DNA from: Schmidtea polychroa
Lineage: Eukaryota
DNA: 64,000 nucleotides
Direction: 5' to 3'
Assembly (NCBI GenBank): GCA_044892525.1
Contig: CM097885.1
Coordinates: 149,854,001-149,918,000 of the forward strand
Every line of letters begins with the position of its first letter. Within the stretch, counting starts at the first letter, position 1. Under the pieces are notes generated by a model that was given only the letters and a program-made list of their open reading frames with translations, was not told the DNA's origin and searched no databases. The position numbers were made by a program, and so were the translations under genes. Below, in pieces: positions 12,458 through 25,200 of this stretch.

Positions 12458-15097
12458 CTAAAGATTAAAGATATTTACATTTGCCGTTTAAACATTTGTT
12501 TGATCAACAATCATACGTTCACGACGCGAGTTTCACCACATTCACTATGTGTAAAATAGAATAAGAGCGAAATGCCTCACACATGCATGCTAATGACCAT
12601 CCTTAAACCCATTCAAGCCTCAAACATTCAAGTTAACTCTCTCACGTATTTGTAACTCAATGAAAACAAAATGGGAATCTTCACAATAAATTATTCGTCT
12701 ATAACATCCTTGTATCTATTTCTTGGGTTTGTCCATTTTTATTAAATACATCATTATCGATTTGCAGTGTTATTTTATTATCGTTAATCTTATTTATTAT
12801 GTCACCCCATTATATTTTTATGTTGTGCTCCATACTTTGTCTAATATATGTGGCTTTAAGTCAGTAGAGCAAGTTAACGCGACTAAGGTTCCTGGCGCTG
12901 TTCTAGAATCAATTAGTTGGACACAGAGTTCACAAATTACTAATTTTCAATTTTTCATTTAAAATCTCAATTTTTCTATTTCAAACTTCCGCCGTAACTG
13001 TCGTCATAACGACGCGGAATAGTGAGTGATTGTAGGTAAACATCAACACCTGGTTGTGATACAAACGTTGTTTGAAAACGTCGCGGTGTGTACCTATAAT
13101 ATAATTCATTATGTAGTACCTCCAACACTCCTAGTAATTCATCCATTTTCTGATGAATGTAGTCGATTCACTCATACACACAGTCTCAATATTTCCCTCA
13201 CTATAATTACATAATAGTGGTGTCGACATACTCACTGCGATCAACTAGATGGGATACATGTGTGTTATTATGTGTACCGCCTTATAGTTATGGCAATGCA
13301 AACGGATTCTCTCGCTGGGACAGGATCGTAGTTGATGTTAAAAGAAAATTATAAATCTAATTGTGTGGGTCGGTCACAAATTCAACAGACAAAATTAATT
13401 CTAATCTCCATATTTTCTCTGTTATGTTGACTCAGGATAAGAACGGTCAATTCATTCACTCGATGGCCCTTGTTAGACGCAATTAAATTCAAGTCTTCTT
13501 CAAGCATTTATTTTTATAACAACTTCAAAAATTGTGCCGTTTACTAGAATATTTAAACACCGAGGCGTGATAATTATTAATATTAATGTAATTACTGGTC
13601 ATACATTTAATTGATTTAATTTAATATAATTTAATATAATATGATATAATTTAATATAGAATTTAAATATACAAATTTAACAGAAATAATTATTTCTACT
13701 AACTGATCTCACTTCTACCATTTAACCATAATAATTTTATATAGAGGTTTACTAACTCCTTACAGCCCTCACTCGCAATCTATTCGCTGGATAAATTATC
13801 GAAGCCTCCCTGGTCATCTGCCGTGTTCGGGGTTAAGCCACGAGGAAAACAAATCGGTATTTACTCGATGATAACGAAGATAAATCTCCCTCAGGTTACG
13901 GCAATCACTTTGATTAATTATCAAGAATATTTATTCCGCTGTCTAGGTTAGCTTATTAGCGCTGATAATGACCTGCCAAGGTTGATCGATACGTTCGCTT
14001 GAACCCGATAGTCGTCAAGAAAAATGGGTCTAACTGCTAACGTCCTGGTGATGCACATCCTATCAGATTTTTTTTTGCTCTCAAGAAAACTACGATGATT
14101 TTCCTAGGTCTTTTCGAGCCAAAGACAATCCTCAACTATTTGGACTCATCTACCAACATCTGGAGTAACAACGTTCACCGAAAAACGATAAAATCCTCGC
14201 GTCGACGCTTGGGCATATAACGATTTCTCTGAAACTTCCTATGGAATTTTTTCTTTCTGTCGAGCTGGATGACTATTATCCCTTCGTGGAAAAGGTTCTC
14301 AGGAGTAAATGACCTCACTCGGCGAAAAAAGTTCCTTCCATTTCGATTATCATCATCCACCAGATGTCCTCACCCCTCCTGACCCACCCAAGAACGGCAT
14401 ACATCTCTGCCACCGCTCTTGGACCGTCAGGAAGGACGATTCTATCTCTCCGAATCTCTATCCTTATTACTTCACAAGCAACCATCAAAAGGAAAATAAG
14501 TAGTGTAATTCGTCAAATGGATCGATTTTACTGAAATGTGATCATTATATAAAAGAACTATTTACCTGGCGACCACGCCGCCTGAATTTCGAACATGATG
14601 CCATATCGTGGTATTCATCGTACATTTAGTATTACATTCCCGGTGAGGTCTATTTCATTTAAATTCTCGATTCAATTTCCTCGTTTCTCATCGTTCATTC
14701 TCAGATATTCCTTTGACAATCCATTCGAGTCTCCGCATCATGTCCGATTTCCAGACGACATCGTCGCCAGCACCATAGAGAAAGAATACATACTGAACAT
14801 CAATAAATTTTATTAAAAATAAAGTATTTTAGTTATTCATTTTTATTTTTATATATAAATCATAAACAAAATACATTCAACCCACTTACTGCAATTTTCC
14901 TTCGAGAGTATCGAAAATAAGGTCTAAATTTTCCTTTTTCAAGTTATACGTACTGTTGATGTTACTGAAATTCCGATCGCTGTCTGAATGGTTTTTACTA
15001 GATGTAGTTATCGTAAGTCGTTTCAATTAGCTGGTTCCTATGGAATGCTGTATTAATGTTCGAAAAGTAGCTCTTGAATGATTTCGTAGATCCTAGT

Positions 15098-15178
15098 CCT
15101 GTAGAGTTTGGTTAAAAAGTGGTCTAATAAACTAAAATTTTTACCTGTAGAGTTTGGTTAAAAAGTGGTCCTCTACAG
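15098..15178. repeat. 27-bp direct repeat with stem-loop
   Basis: CCTGTAGAGTTTGGTTAAAAAGTGGTC at 15098 and 15144. CTCTACAG (15171-15178) can pair with CTGTAGAG. Confidence 0.8.
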
Positions 15179-15786
15179 ATTTTTCCATTTCTTTTTTACT
15201 ATTTTTCGTCCAATCAGGACACGACTTGTGTGTAATGTTATTATTTATTATTATTTTTATGTTTTTAATGTAATATGCTAAATTTTTATGACTTTTCTTA
15301 TTTTTATTATTATTTTATTTATTCTCCTATTTTTTATTATTTTTCTCTTGTTTTTTCCTGTAAATTTATTGCTATTTAGTTATATTATAATTTTTTGTTT
15401 TAATTTGCCTATACATTTATTTGAAAATGGTTTTATTTCTATTTTATTTCCTAATTTCTTGTTTATTTTTCCTAAGTTCTATTATTTTATTTTCTTCTGT
15501 TATCATGGTGCTAGGTAATTTTCTTTTTTCGTCTTATTTTCCGTCTTATATATTTTATTATTTTATTAGTTATTTTTATTCCCTTTATGTTCTTATTTCT
15601 TTTATTGTTATTTAATTTAGTTGTTCTTATATTTTCCGCGTTTTTCGTGACATTTATTTTTTCCTTTTTGTTTATCCTTAACCTGATTTCCAATACTCTC
15701 GAAGCTTGGCCCAACATTATAATATGTTAATTTATCCATTTTTACTGTACTAACTATCAATTCATTAAACCCAGAGTTATTAATCT

Positions 15787-18245
15787 TTAATGACCTCCCA
15801 ATGCGTCTCTGTGCTTGGATGGGATAAGAATTAATGCTTCTTCATTTTTCCAACACTTATGTATTCCATTATGAATTACATACTTGCTGTTTGCATCTAT
15901 GAGTCCTTTCCAATCTTGTTCTTTTCTTATTTTAACCGCTTGTTCCATAAATTGTTTTAATTCACTGTCGTTTTCCTGATCGTTTTGTAGTTCAGACATA
16001 TCATTAAAAGCTTTGATTGCGGCGAATATAATACCTACCATTTTTTCAGGTGTTCCTTCACTATCATTTTCTGGGATTCTTGACATTACATCTGCATTTG
16101 TGTTAGCTTTACCTGTCCGATATTTAATCTCAAAATCGTATTCTTGGAGGGCTATTGACCATCGGATTAACTTACTAGCTGAATCTCTGTGTTTCATTAA
16201 CCACTGTAGTGTATTATGATCCGTATAAACAGTAAATTTTCTACCCAATAAATATTGTCAAAATGTAGTAATTCCATACATTAACGCTAGCGTTTCCTTT
16301 TCAATAGTTGAATAGTTTTTCTTGTGGGATCTCAGTGATCTTCTTGCGTATGCTATTACGTGGTCCTTTTCACCTTCAAACTTTTGGCCCAACACCGCGC
16401 CCAATGCGACGTTGCTTGCATCAGTCATCAAGATAAATTGTTTCGTAAAATCTGGACATCGTAATATGGGAGTTGTCACTAATTTCTCTTTTAAAATTTT
16501 AAAAGCGCTTTGTTGTATTTGCCCCCATATAAATTTCTTATTTTTCTTAAGTAACTTATTCAATGGTTGAGCGATATATGAGAGAAATCTTTTATAAATT
16601 TTCTGTAATACCTAGCCAGACCTAGAAATTGTCTGACTTGATCGGCGTCTTTCGGAACTGGGTACTCTTCCAGTTTTTTGATATTCTCCGGATTACTTTG
16701 TAACGCTCGCCGTGATATTATATGTCCAACATAAACTACTTCTACTTTACCCCATTCACATTTCGATGGTTTTATTTTTAATTTTGCGCTTTTGAGCCGT
16801 TTGAATACGGTTTCTACATCTCTGAGGTGTTCTTCAAAATCATTTGAAAATATTATTATATCGTCGATGTATACCAACGCATGTCGAATACTTCGTAATA
16901 CAAAATTCATTCCCAGTTGGAATGTAGCTGGGGCTCCTGTTAATCCAAATGGTAACACTTTGAATTCATATAGTCCTTTGCCATCAGAGAACGCCGTCTT
17001 TCCTCTATCTTCCTCTTTTACTCTAAATTGATTGTACCCTTTGTTTAAATAAATAACTGTGAAATATCGGGCTTCTCCCATTTGATTGAACATTTCTTGA
17101 GGTACCGGAATTGGATAGGTGTCTTTCCTCGTAACATGATTTAGCTTCCGATAATTTACGCAAAATCGTAATTCTCCATCTTTTTTCTTAACTATCACTA
17201 TTGATGAGGAGAATGGAGATGCACTATCTCGAATTATTCCAAATTCCTTCATTGCTGTAATCTGTCGGTCACTTTCCTCTTGATGAACGTATGGGATTCT
17301 GTATGGCTTTATTTTAATTGGAGTTTCGTCTAATAACGGTATTTCATGCTCAATTACATTGGTTAAACCCAAATCATATTCGTGTTTGGCGAATATGTCT
17401 CGATATTTTCTCAACAGTTTTTGAATTCCTTTTTTTGTATTTCATTTAAATCATTGTTTACCACTTCAGACTCTTTATATACCTTGACGTTTCTCGGAAT
17501 TTTTCAATTAGTTTCAATAGACATTTTTGATAACTTTCTAAATTTTGTTTTTGGGTGTAGCTGAACCGGTTTATTACTACTATTCGTAATATGGACTGGT
17601 ACTATCTGATTTTCCACTTTGACTATTTCGTCGCATATCGTTATATCATATTTTTGACTAGTGTTTGGTTTGGCTCAAATATGAAATCACCATTATCCAC
17701 ACTTGTGGTATTTGCACAGTAGACCATCTTCGATTGTTGTGGTATTGTCAGTGTCTGATTCAGAAACACTTTACTTGCCCTGTGAATTATTTCTCCTGTT
17801 TCTCCTGCTATCAAATTACCTGTCTTTAAATCAAGTGAGATTCCGTCCAGCTGCTCTAATATATCCATGCCGATCAGACATCGTACTGGACTTCCGTTCA
17901 TTATGAGCGCATCGTGCGCTATTATTCGATCTCCAATATGGAATACGACGTTAAGTTGTCCAATTATGTTTAATTCGTTTTTTGATAATGATCTAACTAC
18001 TTCGTCTAACTAGTTCTTGGCTTTATTTGCATTCTTTCCTTCGCGTTTAATACATTTTCCAAAATTATTGTGTGACTAGATCCCGAATAAACTAAAGCTT
18101 CCACTTTATATTTGTTCATTTGTATAAATATTCGGAGTTGTTTTCCTCTTTTTGTTAATGTCATCAATGAGTAATTGCATGGTAAACCTAACATATTCTT
18201 TCTTTCGATCTCCGCACTAGAAGGCGCTCGACTCTCTCCTGCCAC
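15787..18245 (-). pseudogene. Ty3/Gypsy pol (protease, RT, RNase H), frameshifted, integrase deleted
   Basis: Protease LVYSGSSHTII (catalytic D to Y) ...CLIGMDIL. RT RFCVNYRKLN, PFGLTGAPATFQ, YIDD. RNase H TDASNVALGAVL, STIEKE, TDH, NADVMSR. Homology stops at ..LGGH, at the start of the integrase zinc finger. Confidence 0.92.
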
Positions 18246-18515
18246 TCTTTCACATTGTAATGCGATATTTCGACTGGTTTCATTTCTCGTAATCGATCAA
18301 CTGGATAAACTGGTGCTGCTTGCATGAATGATTTTGGTATACATAATTTTGTAAACGTATCTACGCTACTCGCATTCAACAGTGGTTCTTTTAAGATTTG
18401 ATAAGTTCTCAATGCCTCCTTATTTACTTCACTTAGTTCTTGGTTATCTACATATAACGGTGCACTATCACCCTCGTTGTCTTTGTCATTGTTCTCGTCC
18501 CTTGAAGGAATTATA

Positions 18516-19660
18516 CTAGCATATTGGCGCCTTGAGTATCTCCAACTCCTGGTATTGATGATGAGTGATGAAGAATCTTGCCAGTAATGGTATGCAACCA
18601 ATTACTAGCTTCCACGACCAACCTGTTATCGCGTATAGCCTGTGTGTTGAAAGGACCTGCGATATTATTAATTTGATTACAACACAAATTACATAAATTC
18701 CAATCAATCTGGCGCACGCTTGTCCAATGAACATAAATTTTCCCCAGATCTTTTTCATCGTATTATACATCACTTTCTTGTAATGATCTGGAGTTAACAG
18801 ATATTCGTAATTTACCTTCCCACTTCCGCTTGGGAGGATTGTATCTACCATTTTCATTATTACTATTTCTTTATTTGATGGAAATAACAAATTTCTGCGA
18901 GCTTCCTCAATATCTTCGCTTGAGTAAATTCCACTTTGCGATAATTTTTCCAACGATGTGAAATTCACCAAATATTGTAATTCTGTCAATTTTAAATTTT
19001 CCGGTGTCTGTACTTCTCGATGATCTGGCAACGCAATCCACGATTCTGGTGTTAGTCTGTATAGTGGTGCTAACAATCTATTACATTGTAATACTTTAGG
19101 TTTCACGTCCTCTTCCAGTAAGATTCGTGTCATAGACTCCATAAATCGTAAATTTCCATTTAAATTTACTGGTAACTCGTTGGTGCATTGATCGTACTTT
19201 GTCAATTTGACTGGTACCGCTTTACATTCATAGCTATATAGTGCTTCACCGAAGATTCTGACAAACACCCCATTTTCTGTAATTAACATTGGTGCTACCA
19301 AATTAGGATTGGTTATAGCCATTACCATCTGGTTTCGGAGTATTTCTTTATTGAGATTGTAATCATTTATAATAACTTCTCGGTACACATTTTCAACGGT
19401 ATTTTGACCGAAGTGAAACAAATAATCTATTTTGTTATTGAAGTAATTTGTCAACTTAATATCTCCTGCATGTATTATTGTTTGAGCCTCTGTAATCACC
19501 TCCTGGAATACATATATATCTTTATAATTTGTCTCATAGACACTTTGTCCACACTTTGTTTTAGTGTCTTTTCTCAGAAATCGCATCCCATCTTCTGTCG
19601 ATGTTGACATTAACACTGTTGGAGTGTCCTTCATCCATTGAGGAGTAATTCTGGTCGTTG
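18516..19660 (-). CDS. Env-like viral glycoprotein fragment, chuvirus/Monjiviricetes (class III fusion) type, N-terminally truncated, with TM anchor
   Basis: 372-aa ORF (frame open to ~19690) with ordered motifs CG..VYET, GEALYSYEC..V, C.NELPV, TRIL, C..LL.P.Y, SGIYSSED, LLFP, W..F..IG..A..IGI...KLII and GWS. I recognise these from chuvirus-like G proteins and their endogenous copies. No signal peptide. Confidence 0.82.
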
Positions 19661-20592
19661 ACTCGTGGCTGGATCCATTCTTATCTTCTCAGGTTTTTCC
19701 CTAATCTGCTCTCCCGTAATTTCTTTAAAGTTCATTGACTTCAATTGCACTAAATTGCACCTTTTTGTATCGACATCGTACACTAAGTTCTCTTCACTTT
19801 TCATTTCATTTATACTTGGTAATTCCCTGTTACCCATGCTCATTTCCTCGTTATCCCTTTTAGCTTCATTTTCCGATCCCATTTCCTCATTTCCCATTGT
19901 TTCTAATCTCTGCGATTCATTGATTTCCTGATCAATTTCTCCTGGGTCATCTACAACTTCAGTTTTAATCTCTGCTGTCTCTACATTTTCATTATCCATT
20001 TCCTTATACGGATGCCAAAACGGCATCATTACTGCATCTCTTTCCATTTCATTACTTTGGTTTGTTGCGTATACATTATTAATACAATTTGAATAGCTTT
20101 ACACATAACTTTATTGCTCTTTTCAGTTCACTCTGGGTTGGTGGCATCAAACTGAGTTCTGCGATCCATCGTTTCAACTGGGAGTTGTCAGTTTCCATTC
20201 TAGTAAGCCATCTTTCAACTCGGGCTAAAAATGCCGTCGGATTCTCATCTGATCTGATTTTTCTTACTTTTGTGGCGGGTTTTCCTCACCGCCTGACACT
20301 GTTCCAAATATCATATGAGATTCAGTTTCCTCGTCAGATTCGAATTTAGCCACTAATTTGTTCAACTTTTGTCGCATTTCTCGAAATTCATTTTCCATCT
20401 TGTCTTGAAATTCATCTCTTTGCGCAAATGTCATATTACTGGTAGTTGGCATATCTTCTTGGAACCTGATCGATTTCTTTAAAATAGGTCTGCTAAATCT
20501 CTCTGAGTTCCTTGGGCATGATCGCGCCATATGACATTGTATTTCTTCCTTTGTGGTGACAGTGACGTTGAAGATGATCTTGATCTAGTGAA

Positions 20593-21513
20593 GCAGTTTC
20601 TGCTAATATGCCCTTTCTTCCCGCATCGATAGCATTCGACATCACTTTTGATCCTTTTGTTATCCGTGAATCTCTTGTTAGGGCTGGGATTTTTGCCATA
20701 TTTGAACCAACATTGATTTGAGTAATGTCCGGACTTTTTGCAATATTCGCACTGAGGGCTATTTGACTGTCAATTTGATTGCACGTTCATGGCTGATCTA
20801 CTTGATTGAAATCTATTGCTCGGTCTCAAAATTGAACTGCTGGTTTGGTTTATTTTCTTTTCATCCCATGGTGCTCTCACCGGAGTAATTGACCTCTCAC
20901 GTCTCTCCATATTAACTTCAAAAGCATCTGATCTTTTCGCACTTTTCAAGTTCAGCTCGATCTTCATGGCTTTCTTCACGAGCTCATCGATTTTAGAAAA
21001 TTCCACATAACATAGGGCCTTTTTGATTTCGGAGTGGGCTCCGGTTATAAACTGATCTTGTAACAGCTCTTTAACCTGCTTGGCCATATCTAATTGATCT
21101 GGTTTGACTTCAAAGGATTTATCTGCTTAAGTGGTCAAATGATAAGCAAACTCACTGACCGATTCATCTGGACCTTGAGCTCGATTATAGAATTTCTGTC
21201 TCACGATTCTTTTGATATCTCCACCAATCAATTCCAATGCCATTACATCCTTCAATTTGGTCCAATCATTGCCAATGTTTCGTTCATCGACTTGCGGCCA
21301 GGCTTCCCTTGCCGCGCCCTTCAAATAAAGTGGGAATCTCTGAACCATAATGGCTTGTGTCCATCCATATGCTGAGGCATACATATAATAATCTCCCATA
21401 AAATCAGCGAAATCAACAGGGTCTCCTCCATATTGATTGACTGGTAATTTTTGACAACTTGCGAAATCAATCATCTCTCTATTGAGAGGCAAAACAGCAT
21501 TATCATTTACCAT
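20593..21513 (-). pseudogene. Gypsy gag with two CCHC zinc knuckles
   Basis: Retrotransposon-gag-like YGGDPVDF...LYLKGAAREAW...QGPDESVSEF, in-frame stop at 21127-21129. Knuckles CEYCKKSGHYSNQC (20710-20751) and CYRCGKKGHISRNC (20593-20634). Confidence 0.88.
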
Positions 21514-21769
21514 TTGGGTTTGTTTCTGACTTTTGAGGTTGTATCGACTTACTTTGTGCTAAACTTCAAACGTAAAACAATAATTTAAATTTACTTTTCA
21601 AATTCTTTAAATCTTCCACTAATAACCTTTAATATTTATCTCGTCAGTACTCCAATACTTTTTAAACTACTTTCAATTATTCTCCACCGACCTTCAATAA
21701 AGTCGATATTAATTTCCAATAAAAAAAATTTTTTTTCACTAACTTTCACTAATTCTCAGCCGACTTTCA

Positions 21770-21787
21770 ATCACGTCGGGCTCACCA
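21770..21787 (-). promoter_or_regulatory. Primer-binding site, tRNA-Trp type
   Basis: Minus strand TGGTGAGCCCGACGTGAT is a 17/18 match to the complement of the canonical animal tRNA-Trp 3' end (TGGTGACCCCGACGTGAT). It lies 7 nt inside a ...CCCAACA LTR end. Confidence 0.85.
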
Positions 21788-21794
21788 GAATATA

Positions 21795-23087
21795 TGTTGG
21801 GTTTTAGTTAATTTAAGTCGGTAACCTCTGACTCCTCGTGTCCTTTTAATCAAAACAATAACTACCCAACGTATATCTGAATCACAAAAATTATATTCTT
21901 TTTTCAACAATAAACAATCAGTAATCAATGGTTCAAGTTTGACCGATTCTTCGCTCGGTGTTGATGCTTTGACAAAAGATAATATTCACCTTTTATTTCC
22001 TTAGGTTCTCTTGATCAACGTTTTCCTTTTTCTCTTTGACTCGATCCTTTTTCACCTTTTCGTATTCATATTCTATATCTTCTTTTTCCCTAATCTCCTT
22101 AATTCGTTTTTACCTTTCGCCTATTCTCGTTTCTTCTTACCCTAACTGAGGCAAAATGCCGATTTGCTCTGATTTTCCCATTCCTTATATACTCTTCGAA
22201 ATCGGAATGACAAATCGTTATTGCCGAGCCAATCTCTCACTTGACATTCGACTCCACATAGTCCAATGAACAAAGATAATTAATGGCCCGCCCGGCCTTT
22301 CTGCACACACTATCTTCTTGTTCTTTTCCTATTAATCATTTTGTCACGCTAATGGGCCCAAATCTTCCTTCTATTTACTTTTCTCTTTGTTTACCCAGCT
22401 CGGGTTTCCTTCATCTCTCGGGTTCTCCATTGGCTCGGGTTTCCCATTAGCTCGGGTTTCCCATTAGCTCGGGTTTCCCATTAGCTCGGGTTTTCTATTA
22501 GCCAATTAATTAATTAACGTTTTCTGTTTCAACACATTTGAATGCTTTTCGACCCTTTCTAACCATTTTCTGATAAATCCCTAATCATCCTCTTGTTGAC
22601 CATTAGCTAATCTATACCTGTCCCGTTTTACCAATTCGATTTCGATGATTTTACAATTTATTGATTTTTCTCGGATTTCCGGATTCTTGCCTTTCGCAAC
22701 TGCTTTTGCCATTTCCTAATACTGCCTCCATCATAATTTCCTTTACTATCAATTCTGTGCATGATCACGCTTTTATTTGTCTTTTTTCTTCACTTACTTT
22801 TATTTAAATTTTCAACTTAAATTTCATTTAAATTTCATTTAAATTTATTTTAATTTACAGACCTCAACAGGAATATCATCTTGATTTTTGCAATTCTTTG
22901 ATAAACTCTAGCCATAAAATATTGGTGGCTTATTCGTGTTCGTAATCCGTATGATATCTTGTGATTTCTGCGTTTTTACTTGCTATTTCCTAATCTATAA
23001 AGTCTGCTAAAAAGAACTGCATATAATAAAGTAATAATGCGTATTTGCTAATTTTTTTTGATTTAAATATATTTTATTTTAATAACA
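21795..23087 (-). repeat. Putative 5' LTR (~1.3 kb) of the env-bearing Gypsy
   Basis: TGTT...AACA termini. In minus-strand order: enhancer-like 17-bp repeats, TATATAAG (22184-22191), AATAAA (21992-21997), then the PBS. The upstream boundary is uncertain because no partner LTR is present. Confidence 0.6.
22399..22501. repeat. 17-bp tandem repeat x5-6 in LTR U3
   Basis: CTCGGGTTTCCCATTAG: three perfect copies plus degenerate flanking copies. Confidence 0.9.
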
Positions 23088-23543
23088 ACCTGCTCCAAGG
23101 GACCGGTGGGTTCTTTTAAGGGGACGAGCCACGGCTGGTATCCGAAACTGAACAATCTTCCCCGTGTATTTTTTCGCTCTTTTTAGTCATGTACTAATCT
23201 TACTAATCTTATTATTTAATTTCTATAGATATTGATTCTATCTTAATGATTGTTGTTTGGGATGTGGTTTTGATTGTTGAATTGTTGACTTTTGTTATAT
23301 TTGGGTATAATGCTTTCTTTTATTCTATTTGTATTCTATTTCTTAAATTCTATTTGTTTTGGATGTTGTTGATAATGTTAATTATGTTTTAATTTATTTT
23401 ATTTTTTTGTATCTGTTACTGGATTTTGGAAGGTTGTTTTGAATTTTTTGTGGGATTAGTTTGCCTTTTGATAAGCTTGGGCAGTGATAGTGCTTTCTTA
23501 ACCTTCATTTATTCCGTTTTATTTATCACAAGTCTATTTATGC

Positions 23544-23988
23544 AAGGGCCGTAAGAAGGTATTATTGCGCCCTGTGAGGTTCATATATCTGGCGCCTCTA
23601 AAACCCGAATTCAAATCAGCCTACTATAATAATTATAATATTCATGTTGAGATTGTTAACTATGTATTCATCTCCAGCTATTATAATAGTTAGTAATGCC
23701 CTTGAAATTCTGTTGCTAATTGAAAAATGACAGGAGTCCATTTTGTGGACTAAAATTTTTCAAAATACACACCTACGAAGTTACGCTAATGGACCAGTCC
23801 AATCAGTAATGTTAAAGATAGGCTAGTTAGTGTGTCGTTTTTTTTGTGCAGGCCATTTGATAATTTCTTTTATTTATATTTTGTTATTTTTTGGTAACAT
23901 TAAAAAATGTTACATTCCAATTTTGCGCCCCTTTCAGATGTGCGTTCTGTGCGACTGCACCGCTCACACCACCTTTATCACGGCCCTG
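23544..23988. mobile_element. hAT-type MITE (445 bp)
   Basis: Ends AAGGGCCGT / CAGGGCCGT (reverse complement). Perfect TSD ATTTATGC (23536-23543, 23989-23996). Confidence 0.88.
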
Positions 23989-24245
23989 ATTTATGCTATA
24001 GTTAAGACTGAGAATGTTATTGCGTGCTCTTATTAAAAAGTAGTATTGGTTGTCTGTAATGTCTTGACTTTTAATATGGTATGCTGACAGGTTATTGTTT
24101 CCTATTGTTCGTGAAATTTACCATTGATGTATCATGTTAAACCATTTTTAAGCATACCATTTGCTAGTTATCGTGTCTAGTGCAGATGAGGTATCTTCTG
24201 TCATTTTTTTATCTATATAGTTTTTTTCATTATTAGGTTTAATTT

Positions 24246-24558
24246 CTAATGTAAAGCAATTTTTAATAATAAATATTTTTTGTTAATGCTAAATTTTTCG
24301 CGCAATCTTTTCACTGAGTCTCTAAATTTTGAAAAAAAGGAAATTGTACAAATAATGTCGCCATTGATGTCGGAGTTAAGCCAGTCAAGTGCCTTCTCCA
24401 TGTATATGTCATTATTATATAATCTTTGCTTGACTGCTTCGATGAGTTCATCTATTATGAAATCTCTCATCTTTATGTCATCAGAGTTAAACAGTCTAAT
24501 TAATTGCTCTAGTTCCAAACGCTATTTTGTATTGTTCTCAAGATTCTGCCACAGTAGG
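24246..24558 (-). pseudogene. Non-LTR retrotransposon relic (R2/NeSL-like post-RT region)
   Basis: EQLIRLFNSDDIKMR...AVKQRL...WLN...FSKFRDSVKRL resembles the region downstream of RT in RLE-clade LINEs. Contains a stop. Confidence 0.4.
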
Positions 24559-24870
24559 TAGTTAGTAGCCCGCGGCAGCAGGACCATCCGCTAAACCCCC
24601 GGGTCTGCTGACAACTGTTTTTTTTGCTTTTTTGGTTACGTAACTGCTGCTGTGGGCTACACTTATTTTTTCTGGGATTTTCAATAGAAAAAATCCGGGA
24701 TTTTTATGACTATAGTGAGGGGTCTCGATGGAAGCTGAGAATTTCAATACAAAAAAGGGTCCTCGCTAAAAAGTCAAGGATTTATCTGACTATAGTGAGG
24801 GGTCATCTTGGTCCTGGAATTTTAAATACAAAAAAGTGGTCTTCAATAAAAAAGCATGGTAATTTAAGGA

Positions 24871-25200
24871 TAAATTATGGGCCTACAAATTGAAATACAG
24901 TTAATTATGGGCTCAGATTTTTGAATTAAATTAAATTATTGTCCAAATTTTAATATTAAAGTAAATTAAGGGTCTACAATTTTAAATTAAAGTAAATTAT
25001 GGGCTCAAATTTTTGAATTAAAGTAATCAAGGGTACAAATAAGTAATTTAAGGTCCAAATTTTTAAATTAAAGTAAATTAAGGTTCAAATATTTTAATTA
25101 AGTAATGGTCTAGAATTTTAAATAAGTAAATTAAAGTTAAAAATTTTAAATTTAAGTAAAAATTTAAAAATTAAAGTAAATTTATGTAATAAGTAAATTA
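24871..25200. repeat. Degenerate ~30-bp minisatellite
   Basis: At least 8 units like TAAATTA(T/A)GGG(T/C)CAAATTTTTAAATTAAAG. Confidence 0.8.

Noticed and set aside
13149-13190. CTGATGA core checked as a hammerhead ribozyme
   Set aside because: No stem II followed by GAAA. Other CTGATGA hits lie in coding sequence.
14567-14577. TGGCGACCACG, resembling a tRNA-Arg primer-binding site
   Set aside because: Not preceded by an LTR-type CA end and not followed by gag.
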